64,000 nucleotides of DNA from Promethearchaeota archaeon (GCA_016840165.1 JAEOSU010000037.1:1-64000); one strand, 5' to 3'; counted from the stretch's first letter, positions 19,038 through 29,619 are shown. The notes: generated by a model from the sequence alone, not told the origin. Program-made: numbers and translations.

Positions 19038-20084
19038 ATGGTTATTATGTATCAAATGGATAAAAAGCAAGATCTAAAGGTATGCTTTATTTCTAATATT
19101 CCAGAAAATGTAAAGAATTATCTGATAAATGCATTAAAGGATCTTTCAAATGTTAAATTAATATTTCCAAAAACATTATTAAAAGAAAATCTTTTTAAGT
19201 TGATAAAAGATGCTCAAGTTTTAATAGGTTGGCGACCATCTCTCGAATTATTAAAACATGCAGAAAATTTGAGATTTTTTATTAACCCAGGTACAGGAAT
19301 TCATCATTTACTAATAGACTTTAAAGAACTTAATAAAAAAAGAGAAGTGATATTAATTAATGGTCATGGGAATTCTTATTTTGTAGCGCAACACACTGTC
19401 GCTTTATTGCTTTCTTTTATGAATATGGTTATTCCACATCATAGTTGGATGAAGAAGGGTAGATGGCGAACGGGTGATGCTGATGCTATTTCTATACCTT
19501 TACGTTTCAAAGAGGTAGGACTGCTTGGATATGGAGCAATTAATACAAAAGTGCACAAAATGTTGTCTGGATTCGATGTTAACTTTTCAATTTTAAGAAG
19601 AGATTGGTCTAAAGCAGAGAATAGATTTCCTACTAAAATTAAAAAATATAATTACCACCAACTTCATGATTTTCTTAAAGAAATTAATATTCTGATTATT
19701 GCCATACCTTTAACCAAATTAACTGAAGATATGATTGGTGAGGAGGAGTTAAATCTGCTTGGAAGCGAAGGAATTTTAGTAAATGTATCTCGAGGTGAAG
19801 TGGTTAATCAAAAAGCACTTTATTGTGCGTTGAAAAATAAAGTTATTTTTGGAGCTGCAATCGATGTTTGGTATGATTACAATCCTAAAAGTGATGACCA
19901 GGGAAGGAAATTTCCATTTAAGTTTCCCTTCCATGAATTAAATAATATTATATTGTCCCCACATCGAGGTTACTCTCCGTTCAATGATTTATTACGATGG
20001 AATGAGGTTATCGAGAATATAACAAGAATAGCTCACAATAGAAAAGATCTCCTCAATATTGTAAATCTTAAAAAAGAATATTAA
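19038..20084 (+). CDS. D-isomer-specific 2-hydroxyacid dehydrogenase
   Basis: VGLLGYGAI, PLT..T, VNVSRG, AAIDVW, LSPH.G. Confidence 0.9.
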   Translation: MVIMYQMDKKQDLKVCFISNIPENVKNYLINALKDLSNVKLIFPKTLLKENLFKLIKDAQVLIGWRPSLELLKHAENLRFFINPGTGIHHLLIDFKELNKKREVILINGHGNSYFVAQHTVALLLSFMNMVIPHHSWMKKGRWRTGDADAISIPLRFKEVGLLGYGAINTKVHKMLSGFDVNFSILRRDWSKAENRFPTKIKKYNYHQLHDFLKEINILIIAIPLTKLTEDMIGEEELNLLGSEGILVNVSRGEVVNQKALYCALKNKVIFGAAIDVWYDYNPKSDDQGRKFPFKFPFHELNNIILSPHRGYSPFNDLLRWNEVIENITRIAHNRKDLLNIVNLKKEY

Positions 20085-20165
20085 GAATAGGGCTAAAGAT
20101 TTTTTTTCATAAGTTTAAATAATTGAACACAGAAGAAAGTTTAAAACCTAGTGCTATAAATCAAG

Positions 20166-21026
20166 GTGAATGCTGATTCTAAGGGATCCAAATCCCAATC
20201 ATTTGAACATATGCGAATGAAGTTATACTTCTATGAAAACATCCCTCTCACAAATGAAGTCACACGCATAGAAGAGGAGTATAAAATAGAAGACCAAATT
20301 GTTGATGTATATGCCGAGTTGAAAAATGGGAAAAAAGTTGCAATAGAGATCCAACACTCTAAAATATCATATACCACTTTGATTGAGCGAACTTCAAAGT
20401 ACACTAAAAGAGGAATATATGTTTTATGGATTCTTAATGGAAATTCTTTTAATAAAATTCCCCAAAACCAAGATGGGATAAGATTATCCAATCTCGAACT
20501 GCATCTACATAAAATGTATAAGGGGCGGGTATATTACGTAAATTTAGATTCTAAAGGGCTCTTAAGTGCTGTGTATGCATTAAGCTATGCTCCTTATTTT
20601 AATTTAAAAGATGTTGTATATAAAAAGAAAGCTAGAAGTAAGAGGAGTGTATATTGCCAACAAATTGAAAGCTTAGGGCTCAAATGTACTTCTAAAAAGT
20701 ATAAATTAGCTATGTTTAGGGATACAGATGTTAAGTTTCAATGTGAAACAGAAATTTATAATATTTTAAAAAAATATTGTAGAGAAACATCCCGTTTAAA
20801 ATCAAATGAAAAACAAAATTTCCTTATTATCCCTGTGATAAAAGTCATATCACTACTCAGAGAAAAATATGGTTTCTATTTGGTTTATGATGTCTTAAAA
20901 ACTTCCAGAAATAATACTAATAAGTTAAAAATAATTAGATTTGGATTTATGAAAGATCGAGAGAATAAAGTTAGAGAATGCATTAAACTATCTCTCGCTG
21001 ATTATATTAATACAGACGAATATTAA
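20166..21026 (+). CDS. CoiA-like PD-(D/E)XK nuclease-domain protein
   Basis: EH...K, IVDVY, AIEIQHS.IS, RT..Y...GIYVLWI. Confidence 0.7.
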   Translation: MNADSKGSKSQSFEHMRMKLYFYENIPLTNEVTRIEEEYKIEDQIVDVYAELKNGKKVAIEIQHSKISYTTLIERTSKYTKRGIYVLWILNGNSFNKIPQNQDGIRLSNLELHLHKMYKGRVYYVNLDSKGLLSAVYALSYAPYFNLKDVVYKKKARSKRSVYCQQIESLGLKCTSKKYKLAMFRDTDVKFQCETEIYNILKKYCRETSRLKSNEKQNFLIIPVIKVISLLREKYGFYLVYDVLKTSRNNTNKLKIIRFGFMKDRENKVRECIKLSLADYINTDEY

Positions 21027-21472
21027 ATTCTTAAGTAATTAATTTGAATTAAATATCACTCTTCTATTTTATGAATATGGATGAAATGGTAAAGGTTTTA
21101 ATTGAAAAAATTGTAAAGTTATTTCTTGATATTCATAGGAAAAAAATTACATATATAGGATGAATGAAATAATTTTTGAAAAATTTTTATATAAATTAAA
21201 CAGATATTAAATTTTTTAATAAGTCGATAAAACAAAATTATATCTGCTTTTTAAACATGGAAAAAAAATTATAAAAAATGCGATAGAGCTTCAAATTTGT
21301 ACATTTAAAGCCCAAATGTCCAATTCCGGCCCTAAATGCCCTCAATTAGAGAAATAGGTAAATTTTTAGTTTTTTTTATATATTAATGTGTTAAAAAAAA
21401 AGGTTTATATATCAGTTTGCAATAAATAATTATATAGAAAAATTTAATGAAAAATACGGTTAAGGCGATTGC

Positions 21473-21763
21473 ATGAAGATTGTGACAGTTAATGTACCCG
21501 AAAGTTATATAGATGCGATAAATAAGTTAATAGGGCAAAATGGGCTTTATCCCTCCCGATCCGAACTCATAAGATGTGCAGTTCGTGATTTTCTTTTAAA
21601 AGAACTTAAAGCTGCCAATAATATTGTTCGGTTTAATAATGACGAATTAACCGATTTTGATGAGGAAAATTTTGTTCGAGTACCTAATGAACGCTTAGAT
21701 GAAAATTCTGAACCTGTTACGGAATTTAAAACTTGGAAAATTGTTAAGAGATTAGAATTTTAA
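21473..21763 (+). CDS. Ribbon-helix-helix transcriptional regulator (CopG/ParD-like)
   Basis: IVTVNVPESY...GLYPSRSELIRCAVRDFL; BRE/TATA AAAGGTTTATATA near 21399-21411. Confidence 0.85.
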   Translation: MKIVTVNVPESYIDAINKLIGQNGLYPSRSELIRCAVRDFLLKELKAANNIVRFNNDELTDFDEENFVRVPNERLDENSEPVTEFKTWKIVKRLEF

Positions 21764-21971
21764 TATAAATAAGATTTAATTATAAAACTATCAATATTTC
21801 TGGGATATACAAGTTCTTTTCTTTCTTTCTTTTTTTATGCACTTCTTTGATTTCAGAAAATTTTACATTTAAGTCTAATAATTCAATATTACAAATTTTT
21901 CATTTTTTTCTATAATTTCTTAAACAATAGTTTAAATTAATTAAATATATTTTTGAAGAAAGAGGAAAAAT

Positions 21972-22000
21972 TAGATATGCATATATGAATAGATATGCAT
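21972..22000. promoter_or_regulatory. 11-bp direct repeat TAGATATGCAT x2 (putative operator)
   Basis: Copies at 21972-21982 and 21990-22000; palindrome ATATGCATAT at 21975-21984. Confidence 0.35.
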
Positions 22001-22065
22001 TAATACCCGATAATATGAATTCAATTCCATTTAATAAATTAATATGAGAGAGTAATAAATATACG

Positions 22066-23340
22066 ATGAAAGATAATGAAAGTAAGGAGGAACATTATAA
22101 ACCAAAATTTATGGAATGGGGTATCATCTCCAAAGATAATTTTAGTGATATATATGAGATTCCTATTAAACGATGGGATCCGTTATCGACGATTTCTATA
22201 ACCTCTAATGAATTTGGTCTTCATAAAAAACTAAAAAGATATCATGGGCATTATTCCTATCTAAGTCCTATACGAGGGAAACGGCCAAAAGGCTATAAAA
22301 CTATTCATGAAGCTTTTAAAGGTAAAGATGTCTCTAAAGATGCTGTTAAAGCTTTCAATGATGTATTTACAGCTATAACAGAGGGTAAACCTATTTATGA
22401 TGAGAATGGAAATCAAATTGGTGATGGGTATACTATGATAATTACTCAGGATGAAGAAAAGCGAGACAAACCATTTTTAGATACGCCACATAAAGTAGAA
22501 CGAATTCCAAGCAATTGTAAGGCCCTGACTTTAATAAATCGATATCCATCTATGGCAAGGGTAATTGATCCAAGTATATCAGATTATATTCAAGAAAACC
22601 TTCCTTCTCACTTAAAATTAGCCAGAGGCATCAATCTTCTAACGATCTCCCGAAACTTGTATCCTTCATCAAATTTTAAATTAATACCAGAAGACATTTT
22701 AACGGGGATTTTTTTATCAATGAAAGAAGCAATATTGTATTGTATTCTCGAAGCAATCGAAAAAGATTATTATGATATCCCTGTGAATCCTTTCTTTAAT
22801 ATCGGGCTTAAGGCAGGAGGTTCTCAACCAAGGATACATAGCCAAACGTATATTGATTTGAATGGAGATGGTCATGGAAATCGACTTGAATCATATTTAA
22901 ATGCCTTTAAAGAGATGGGGGATAATTGCCATTTATGTGAAACTACTCATGGAAATAGCGATAGAATCATTATTGCCACTCAATATTGGACATTTTATAC
23001 CACAGGAAGCCCTGTAAGGAATTATCATATTAGATTTCACCCAAATGAGCATATTCGAAGATTTACTCAATTAAAAGTTAACCAAATGGAGGATTTAGCA
23101 AAAACTTTAAAGAAGATATTTATTGCGTTAGATAATATCGGAATCGATCCTAATCGAAATATAATATTTAATTGCTGTCCGTATGGATATGATGCAAATT
23201 TTCATATGTTTGGTGATATCATTCCCCATGAGGTCATAGGCGGTGCTGAAATGGCAGACGATATGCGTGTTGCTCGAAAATTACCCCATATTGCTGCCTC
23301 AGAGATAAGAGACTCCTTAGAGGAGGTTTTAAAGAAGTAA
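22066..23340 (+). CDS. GalT/HIT-superfamily hexose-1-phosphate nucleotidyltransferase-like protein
   Basis: RGKRP, NRYP, FFNIGLKAGGSQPRIHSQ, CHLC, IGGAEM. Confidence 0.75.
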   Translation: MKDNESKEEHYKPKFMEWGIISKDNFSDIYEIPIKRWDPLSTISITSNEFGLHKKLKRYHGHYSYLSPIRGKRPKGYKTIHEAFKGKDVSKDAVKAFNDVFTAITEGKPIYDENGNQIGDGYTMIITQDEEKRDKPFLDTPHKVERIPSNCKALTLINRYPSMARVIDPSISDYIQENLPSHLKLARGINLLTISRNLYPSSNFKLIPEDILTGIFLSMKEAILYCILEAIEKDYYDIPVNPFFNIGLKAGGSQPRIHSQTYIDLNGDGHGNRLESYLNAFKEMGDNCHLCETTHGNSDRIIIATQYWTFYTTGSPVRNYHIRFHPNEHIRRFTQLKVNQMEDLAKTLKKIFIALDNIGIDPNRNIIFNCCPYGYDANFHMFGDIIPHEVIGGAEMADDMRVARKLPHIAASEIRDSLEEVLKK

Positions 23341-23419
23341 GTAAATATTAATAATAACAAGTTTTAAATTTCACATTATATTAGTTTATTTTTAAATAAG
23401 AAAGCATGAGTGGAACTCA

Positions 23420-24568
23420 TTGAGAGAATGGTCTGCCATAATACTTGCTGGAGGAAAAGGTTCAAGGCTTATGCCGTTAACTTCATTATTACCAAAGCCT
23501 CTTGTAAAGGTTACAAATAAACCAATGGTAGATTATTCTATTGCACACCTTATATATGCTGATATAAAGCATATAATCCTTGCTTTAGCTTATAAAGGGG
23601 AGGAATTAAAAGATCACATAAATGCTACATGGACTAAAGACAAACTAGGAGATGTAGAATTAGAGTGTATAATTCAAGAGAGTAAAGGCACTGCTGATGC
23701 ATATCGCTTACTTACAGATAACTTGGACTCTGAAAATGTGGTTGTGAGCATGGCAGATATTGTAACCAATTTACCAATGAAACAGTTCATGGATTTTCAT
23801 AAACAAAAAGGTGGAATGTCCACAATTTCAATGAAGACCAGTGAAAGCCATACTAGTCAATATGGAGTAGTTTTATTGGATAAAAATAGGAAAATTTACC
23901 TTTTTTTAGAAAAACCAGCGCCTATGGAACTTTATTTAAGCAGTATGGCTTCTAGAACAGATCTTTTTTTACATACAAACATTATTAATACGGGAATTTA
24001 TTGTTTCAAAAAAGATATCGGGACTATTTTACATGAATCTGGGTTAATTGATTTTGGGGGTGAGGTATTTCCCTACATGCTTGAAAACGATTATGAATTA
24101 TATGGTTTCGTAAAGAATTATTATTGGTTAGATTGCGGAAATTCACAAACATATATGTGGGCAAACTGGGATTTGCTACGCAAATATTCTTGGCCAATTA
24201 CCCCAAATGGAGAGGAATATGATGGAGTGTATGTTATGGGGATTATAAATTCAGGACAAAATGTCACTATTGAAAAGCCTACCTGTTTTGGAGAATGTGT
24301 TAAATTAGGCAATAGAGTTAGGATTAAAGAGTTATCATCGATTGGGAACCAAGCAAGTATAGGAGAGGATACAGTAATCGAAAAAAGTGTTATTTGGGAT
24401 AATGTAAAAATTGGGGCTGGATGTAAAATAATTGAATCGGTAATCTGTAATAATTGTGAAATAGGAAATAATGTTGTCTTAAATAAAGCAATTATAGCCC
24501 CAAATTGTAAAATTAGTAATGATTCCCAAATTCAAGATAAAACCCTTGACCTTGGTACAATATTCTAA
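23420..24568 (+). CDS. NDP-sugar pyrophosphorylase (mannose-1-P guanylyltransferase/GlgC-like) with left-handed beta-helix
   Basis: AIILAGGKGSRLMPLT..PKP, GTADA, FLEKP, NTGIY, DFG.EVFP, YWLDCG, C-terminal hexapeptide repeats. Confidence 0.9.
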   Translation: MREWSAIILAGGKGSRLMPLTSLLPKPLVKVTNKPMVDYSIAHLIYADIKHIILALAYKGEELKDHINATWTKDKLGDVELECIIQESKGTADAYRLLTDNLDSENVVVSMADIVTNLPMKQFMDFHKQKGGMSTISMKTSESHTSQYGVVLLDKNRKIYLFLEKPAPMELYLSSMASRTDLFLHTNIINTGIYCFKKDIGTILHESGLIDFGGEVFPYMLENDYELYGFVKNYYWLDCGNSQTYMWANWDLLRKYSWPITPNGEEYDGVYVMGIINSGQNVTIEKPTCFGECVKLGNRVRIKELSSIGNQASIGEDTVIEKSVIWDNVKIGAGCKIIESVICNNCEIGNNVVLNKAIIAPNCKISNDSQIQDKTLDLGTIF

Positions 24569-24589
24569 TATTTTACCCATAAAATCTCG

Positions 24590-27500
24590 TTATGAACTCT
24601 TCTCGATTTCTAAAAACTTTTGTACTTGATAACCGGATCTTTCAGAAATTTGGAGCCAATTTTTTAAACTGAACAGAGCTTTTTGAATTTGGACTTCTTT
24701 TAAATCATCCTTTAAGCCGTGTGATTGAATTAACGTAATTAAAAATAGCCATCGCAAAAAAATCTTAAATCTTTCAGCGCTAAACCATAGAATATTTTGA
24801 TATCTATTAAAATTGAGATATTCTTGAATATCGGGATCGCTCATTAAAATAACCATATAAGAAGGTTCAATATTATCACTGAGAGTAATAGTTTTAAATA
24901 TATTTTGATATTTGACTAAAATTTTAATTAATGAGAGTTTTTCTGAAATCTCACCATCATTTTGAGAAAGAAAACTTTTAAGAACAATTTGGAGATATTT
25001 CGAAAGATGCCAATCATCAATTAAACTAATAGTGCGTAATTCATAGTTATTCAGAGCAGTTAATTTCCCTAGATTATGAATGAATACCCAGCATATTAAG
25101 ATTGCTTTTTCAAAATTAGTTTTAGGAATTAAGTTAGAGATTTCACCGATCAATGTTGGCGATAACTTAATCTTATTTAAATCTTCCGTAAGATTCAAAA
25201 CGAGATTTAACTTATCTAAAATTTCATCTTTTGTGGGTGTGATTTCTCCTTTATAAGCAGAATATTTCTTAGCTTCCCCTAAAAAATCATTTAAACTCGT
25301 GTTTATTCTTCGTAGTAGCTTTTTAGTATTTTTTCCATTAGCAATTAAATCCGAAATAGTTATAGGATTAATAATTTCTTTAAATGGTTGATTTAATGGC
25401 TTATATACCATCTCTTGTAAGGTTTCTTTGATATTATAAACTCCATTCCCCGCCAATAAATCATGAAGTTGAGCATAATGGAAAAATTCGTTATCATAGA
25501 CAATCTGAAAATCCATGAATACAAATCTTTGGTATGCATTTAGTTCTATATAAAGCCCTTTATCAATCAAGTCATTCGTTCTGCGGATATATTCTAAGTT
25601 GCTTATATAATCTTTAAAAATGCAATACGCATCTTTAGGTAGATCAAGTCCTTCTGAGAGCCTTTTTTGGATAATTGTACTTTCATCACCAATCTTTACT
25701 GAAAATCCTACGGAATTTTTAATATAACCTTTAGTCTCTCTAAATTTATTATGATATATTACAAGAGCCCTTTCATTTTTGAACTTATTTGAATACGCAA
25801 AAACATCCTCATTAACATAATTCCCAGTCCAGAAATCGTAAATTAGAAAATTTTTCACTCCAGCAAATAAATATCTCTTCTTTAGGAGGGGAAAGATAGT
25901 ATCTTTATGATGTTGAAGTAAACTCTGATTGACCTCCTCGTCCCAGTAAGGTTTGCGATATTCCATCCCATACTTTTCATTATAACCCTCTACTTGACCA
26001 TGACCAAACATCGGTAATCCTGGCATTGTTACCATAAGGGTACAAATGCCAAAGTATTTCTCTCCATCACCAAATTGCTTAATTGCAGTCTCTTCATCAG
26101 GGTTATTCATAAAGTTGACAAATCTTTTAAGAATTTTAGGATCAAATTCTATTGTATTCCGAATAACTGCTCTATACTTTGCATTATCCTCGTCCCGTAA
26201 CATATTCATAAAAGCAGAGTTATAAACACGATGCATTCCAAGAGTTCTTACGAAAAAACCTTCTAATAACCAAAATGCTTCAGCGAGTAAAAGCGTGTCA
26301 GGATTCTCTTTATTTATTCTATCAACAACATCTCTCCAAAATTCATTTGGAAAGACTTTCAAATAATCAGCACGAGATATTCCATGTTCTGCTCTTGAAG
26401 GGATGGCTCCACCCGTACCAGGTTCAGGGAACCATAATCTCTGATAATGTTTATGTGTGAGAGTCATTGCAGCATCAAAACGTATGATAGGAAACAATCG
26501 AGAGACATGAAGTATCATTTGAATGACTGCTTCTCTTACATTTGGATTTAAAAAGTTTAATTGAGCCGTATCATTCCATGGAAAACTGGTCCCATCATTA
26601 CCATGATAAATATATCTCTCATCACCATTTCGATAATCAATCCGTTTGAAGGTAACCGCCGCATCAGATCGGGAGAAATATTTATCTTCAAGATAAATAC
26701 CAATATCTGGAATACCTGATAGATTCTCTCCAGTATAATTATATGACGGAAATGGGGGATATGGCAATGCTATAAACCAGTCTGGATGTTCAATGACCCA
26801 TTTTGAAACAATTCCCATATGATTTGGTACCATATCACTAGCTAATCGAATTCTTCTCACCCAAGCTCTTTCCTTTAAGTTTTTTAAAGCGTCATGACCC
26901 CCTAAATCATTAGCAATAACATAATCGTATATTGAGTAAGCGCTTGCTTCTGCCTCAGGATTGCCACACCATCGTTTTATTGTTTTTGAGGCTTGACTGC
27001 GTTCCCATACTCCAATGAGCCAGATTGCATTAAAACCACAATCTCGTAATCTATCTAATTCTTCATTGGGAATTTGATCCAGTTTATTAATTGAACGGTG
27101 ATATTCTTTGGAAAGCTGTGCAAGCCAAACATAGATATTTTTTGCAATCATAACCACGTTAGGCATCCAGTCTTTATCAGGGGTAAAATTTTCATACTCT
27201 AATTGACTATATTCATAAACTAATGACTCTCCGGGCCCCAATCCTCTAAATTGTTCCTCTTCTCGAATCAAATCTAAAGCCGTTAATATTTTATAGAGGT
27301 TATCTCCTAATAATTCTCCCCAGTTTTGACTTATATATTCAAGTTGTTCACGGATAGAATGAGGATATTTTTCTGATGGCTCTTTTAGCAAATCGATCAG
27401 GTTTTGGTCATTTGGTCCAATTTTAGGTTTAGTGTCAAAAAAAGATTCAATTTCATTAATAATTTGGTTGTATTCCGTTTTTTTCTCCAGTGATGCATCA

Positions 27501-27997
27501 TCAAAAAACTCTAAATAAGGTGAAAAGGAAGGATTTTCATTTGCGATCCAAAGATTCAGGAATTCTTGTAAAAATTGAATCTTATTTTCAGAATCTTCAC
27601 TTTTTGTCTCTAAGAAATCTTCAAGAGGAATCTTATTTTGAAAAATAGGGTCGGGAGGAAAGTCTTCTACTAGTCTTTTTGTACTATCCAGTAGATTCGC
27701 CTCTCCAATAGCTTCCGATAGATGATCAAATAAATCTTTAAATAAATTACTCTCTGTAAACTTTTTTCCATATTGTTCTATAATATCATTTGATATTTCC
27801 CAAATTAGAGCCATTCCGTTAAACTGGGCCACTTTTACTGCTAATTCAGGATAATTAATTAAATCTTTATTTTGATTTAGTTTCTGAACAAAAAGTCTAA
27901 CAGAATATATATCTCCATCGAATTCTATGTTCCCCTTCTCGTTAAACTTAAAATCCTCTAAATTATACTTTTGACGGGCCTCTCGGGATAATTTCAT
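24590..27997 (-). CDS. Large GH13 alpha-amylase family protein
   Basis: SDMVPNH, WNDTAQL, IRFDAAM (nucleophile), LAEAFW (acid/base), NNPDE, PGLPMF. Confidence 0.9.
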   Translation of the reverse strand: MKLSREARQKYNLEDFKFNEKGNIEFDGDIYSVRLFVQKLNQNKDLINYPELAVKVAQFNGMALIWEISNDIIEQYGKKFTESNLFKDLFDHLSEAIGEANLLDSTKRLVEDFPPDPIFQNKIPLEDFLETKSEDSENKIQFLQEFLNLWIANENPSFSPYLEFFDDASLEKKTEYNQIINEIESFFDTKPKIGPNDQNLIDLLKEPSEKYPHSIREQLEYISQNWGELLGDNLYKILTALDLIREEEQFRGLGPGESLVYEYSQLEYENFTPDKDWMPNVVMIAKNIYVWLAQLSKEYHRSINKLDQIPNEELDRLRDCGFNAIWLIGVWERSQASKTIKRWCGNPEAEASAYSIYDYVIANDLGGHDALKNLKERAWVRRIRLASDMVPNHMGIVSKWVIEHPDWFIALPYPPFPSYNYTGENLSGIPDIGIYLEDKYFSRSDAAVTFKRIDYRNGDERYIYHGNDGTSFPWNDTAQLNFLNPNVREAVIQMILHVSRLFPIIRFDAAMTLTHKHYQRLWFPEPGTGGAIPSRAEHGISRADYLKVFPNEFWRDVVDRINKENPDTLLLAEAFWLLEGFFVRTLGMHRVYNSAFMNMLRDEDNAKYRAVIRNTIEFDPKILKRFVNFMNNPDEETAIKQFGDGEKYFGICTLMVTMPGLPMFGHGQVEGYNEKYGMEYRKPYWDEEVNQSLLQHHKDTIFPLLKKRYLFAGVKNFLIYDFWTGNYVNEDVFAYSNKFKNERALVIYHNKFRETKGYIKNSVGFSVKIGDESTIIQKRLSEGLDLPKDAYCIFKDYISNLEYIRRTNDLIDKGLYIELNAYQRFVFMDFQIVYDNEFFHYAQLHDLLAGNGVYNIKETLQEMVYKPLNQPFKEIINPITISDLIANGKNTKKLLRRINTSLNDFLGEAKKYSAYKGEITPTKDEILDKLNLVLNLTEDLNKIKLSPTLIGEISNLIPKTNFEKAILICWVFIHNLGKLTALNNYELRTISLIDDWHLSKYLQIVLKSFLSQNDGEISEKLSLIKILVKYQNIFKTITLSDNIEPSYMVILMSDPDIQEYLNFNRYQNILWFSAERFKIFLRWLFLITLIQSHGLKDDLKEVQIQKALFSLKNWLQISERSGYQVQKFLEIEKSS

Positions 27998-28145
27998 AAT
28001 ATTTCATGTAATGTGGATATGATTCTTATTATTTCTTCTAAGAATAATAGTACTTAATCATTAAAAACCATTAAAGTTATAAATTTAAAACTACCTACAT
28101 TAATTATATTTTCCAAATAGATAATTCAAAGTATATTTGATCTAA

Positions 28146-29537
28146 ATGGTTGATAATCTTAATAATTTAAATAAAAACGGTAGAATCATCGGACGCGCCA
28201 ATCATATCTTCACACCAGAGATTTCGAGTGTAATAGGCTCTATTCATGGTAGTATGTTCAATGAAAATGAGACTATAGTTATTGGAAGGGATTATCATAA
28301 CGACAGTCGCATGTTAAAGAGAGGATATACTTCAGGAGTTATGAGTACAGGGGTAAATATATTAAATCTCTCAGATTGTACTTACCCTTTACTTCAATTC
28401 ACGATAAGAAGGTTCGGAGCGAGCGGAGGAGTATATTTTTCGGGGGGACATTTGTATAGTGAGGATGTTGGAGTACGTTTTGTGGATGCAGGTGGAATTG
28501 AATTTTCTCCTAATGAAATTTCGAAATTGATCGCCGCATATAATATTTATCCGAAAAAAGTCAGACGAGTAGAACCCAGTAAAATTGGACAGATTACAGC
28601 AATCCCTCAAACTCAAGATGTCTATATTAAATCATTGGAGCAATTTGTAAGCTCGAAAGAAATTAAGGAGGCTAATCTAAAAATAGTTATTGATTGTTCA
28701 TATGGACCCACTGGAAAAATAACACCATTGTTACTAAATGGTATTGGAATAGAAGTTATTGCCCTAAATACTCACTACCGAGAACGATCAAAAGTACCAG
28801 TTCCTTCAATTAACACGATTAGAAATACTGCGGATATTGTTAAAGCATCAAATAGTCATCTAGGGGTTTGTTTTGATGTTGATGGTTCACGAATATTAGT
28901 CTTAGATGAAAATGGATTAGAAGTGAGTTATGAGGATTTATTAATGCTATTTATAACATTTAATAAAAAGATTCAACAATCCAAATCAAGCCCAATTATT
29001 ACAACACCTTCTATTTCTCCTATTGTGAAGTCGTTTATTGAAGAGAGTGGCTTCCCTGTGGCAAAGGTAGAAAATTATCCCGGTGAAATTTCAAGAAAGA
29101 TAAGAGATCTTAGGGCATGTTTTGCAGCTGCTGATACCTTAAAATTCTATTTCCCTAACTTCGGTCCTTATTCGGACGGAAATTTTATTCTATTGAAAGT
29201 CATTGAGATAATGGCAAACCAAAAAGATCTGATTAGCTCTATCATCAAAGGATTTCCTAAAGGAATTAAAATTAATAAAACTATAACGATTTCTGAAGAT
29301 AACATTGATAATATTCATAATCGTTTAATTGAGTACACTGAGGAACAAGGATTCCGCTATCATGATATTATCAATGAACTAAAAATTATTGATGAGGGTG
29401 TATATACCATAATTAAGGTTGATTTATACCGAAATGCGCTTTTATTGTCATCTGAATCAGAAGATCAGAATTTAGCAAAAAAAATGATTGATGATATAAC
29501 AAAGACAATTGAAAAATTTGAAAAAAACAAAAATTAA
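28146..29537 (+). CDS. Phosphohexomutase (PMM/PGM)-like protein with degenerate active site
   Basis: IGRDY..SRML, LKIVIDCSYG, GVCFDVDGSR; catalytic TASHN replaced by SGGHL. Confidence 0.85.
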   Translation: MVDNLNNLNKNGRIIGRANHIFTPEISSVIGSIHGSMFNENETIVIGRDYHNDSRMLKRGYTSGVMSTGVNILNLSDCTYPLLQFTIRRFGASGGVYFSGGHLYSEDVGVRFVDAGGIEFSPNEISKLIAAYNIYPKKVRRVEPSKIGQITAIPQTQDVYIKSLEQFVSSKEIKEANLKIVIDCSYGPTGKITPLLLNGIGIEVIALNTHYRERSKVPVPSINTIRNTADIVKASNSHLGVCFDVDGSRILVLDENGLEVSYEDLLMLFITFNKKIQQSKSSPIITTPSISPIVKSFIEESGFPVAKVENYPGEISRKIRDLRACFAAADTLKFYFPNFGPYSDGNFILLKVIEIMANQKDLISSIIKGFPKGIKINKTITISEDNIDNIHNRLIEYTEEQGFRYHDIINELKIIDEGVYTIIKVDLYRNALLLSSESEDQNLAKKMIDDITKTIEKFEKNKN

Positions 29538-29619
29538 TCTATTTAATATTTAAAAGCTAAATTAATTATATTAATTAATAATAAATAAATTTAAATAAAT
29601 TAAAAAGAGAGTTTTTACC

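Noticed and set aside
21291-21345. GC-richer patch with loosely repeated GCCC(T)AAATG upstream of the RHH gene
   Set aside because: Only two imperfect copies; too weak to call.
23420-24568. eIF2B gamma/epsilon-like eukaryotic signature protein
   Set aside because: The catalytic GGxGxRL...PK and EKP motifs are intact and the context is sugar metabolism, so an active pyrophosphorylase is more likely.
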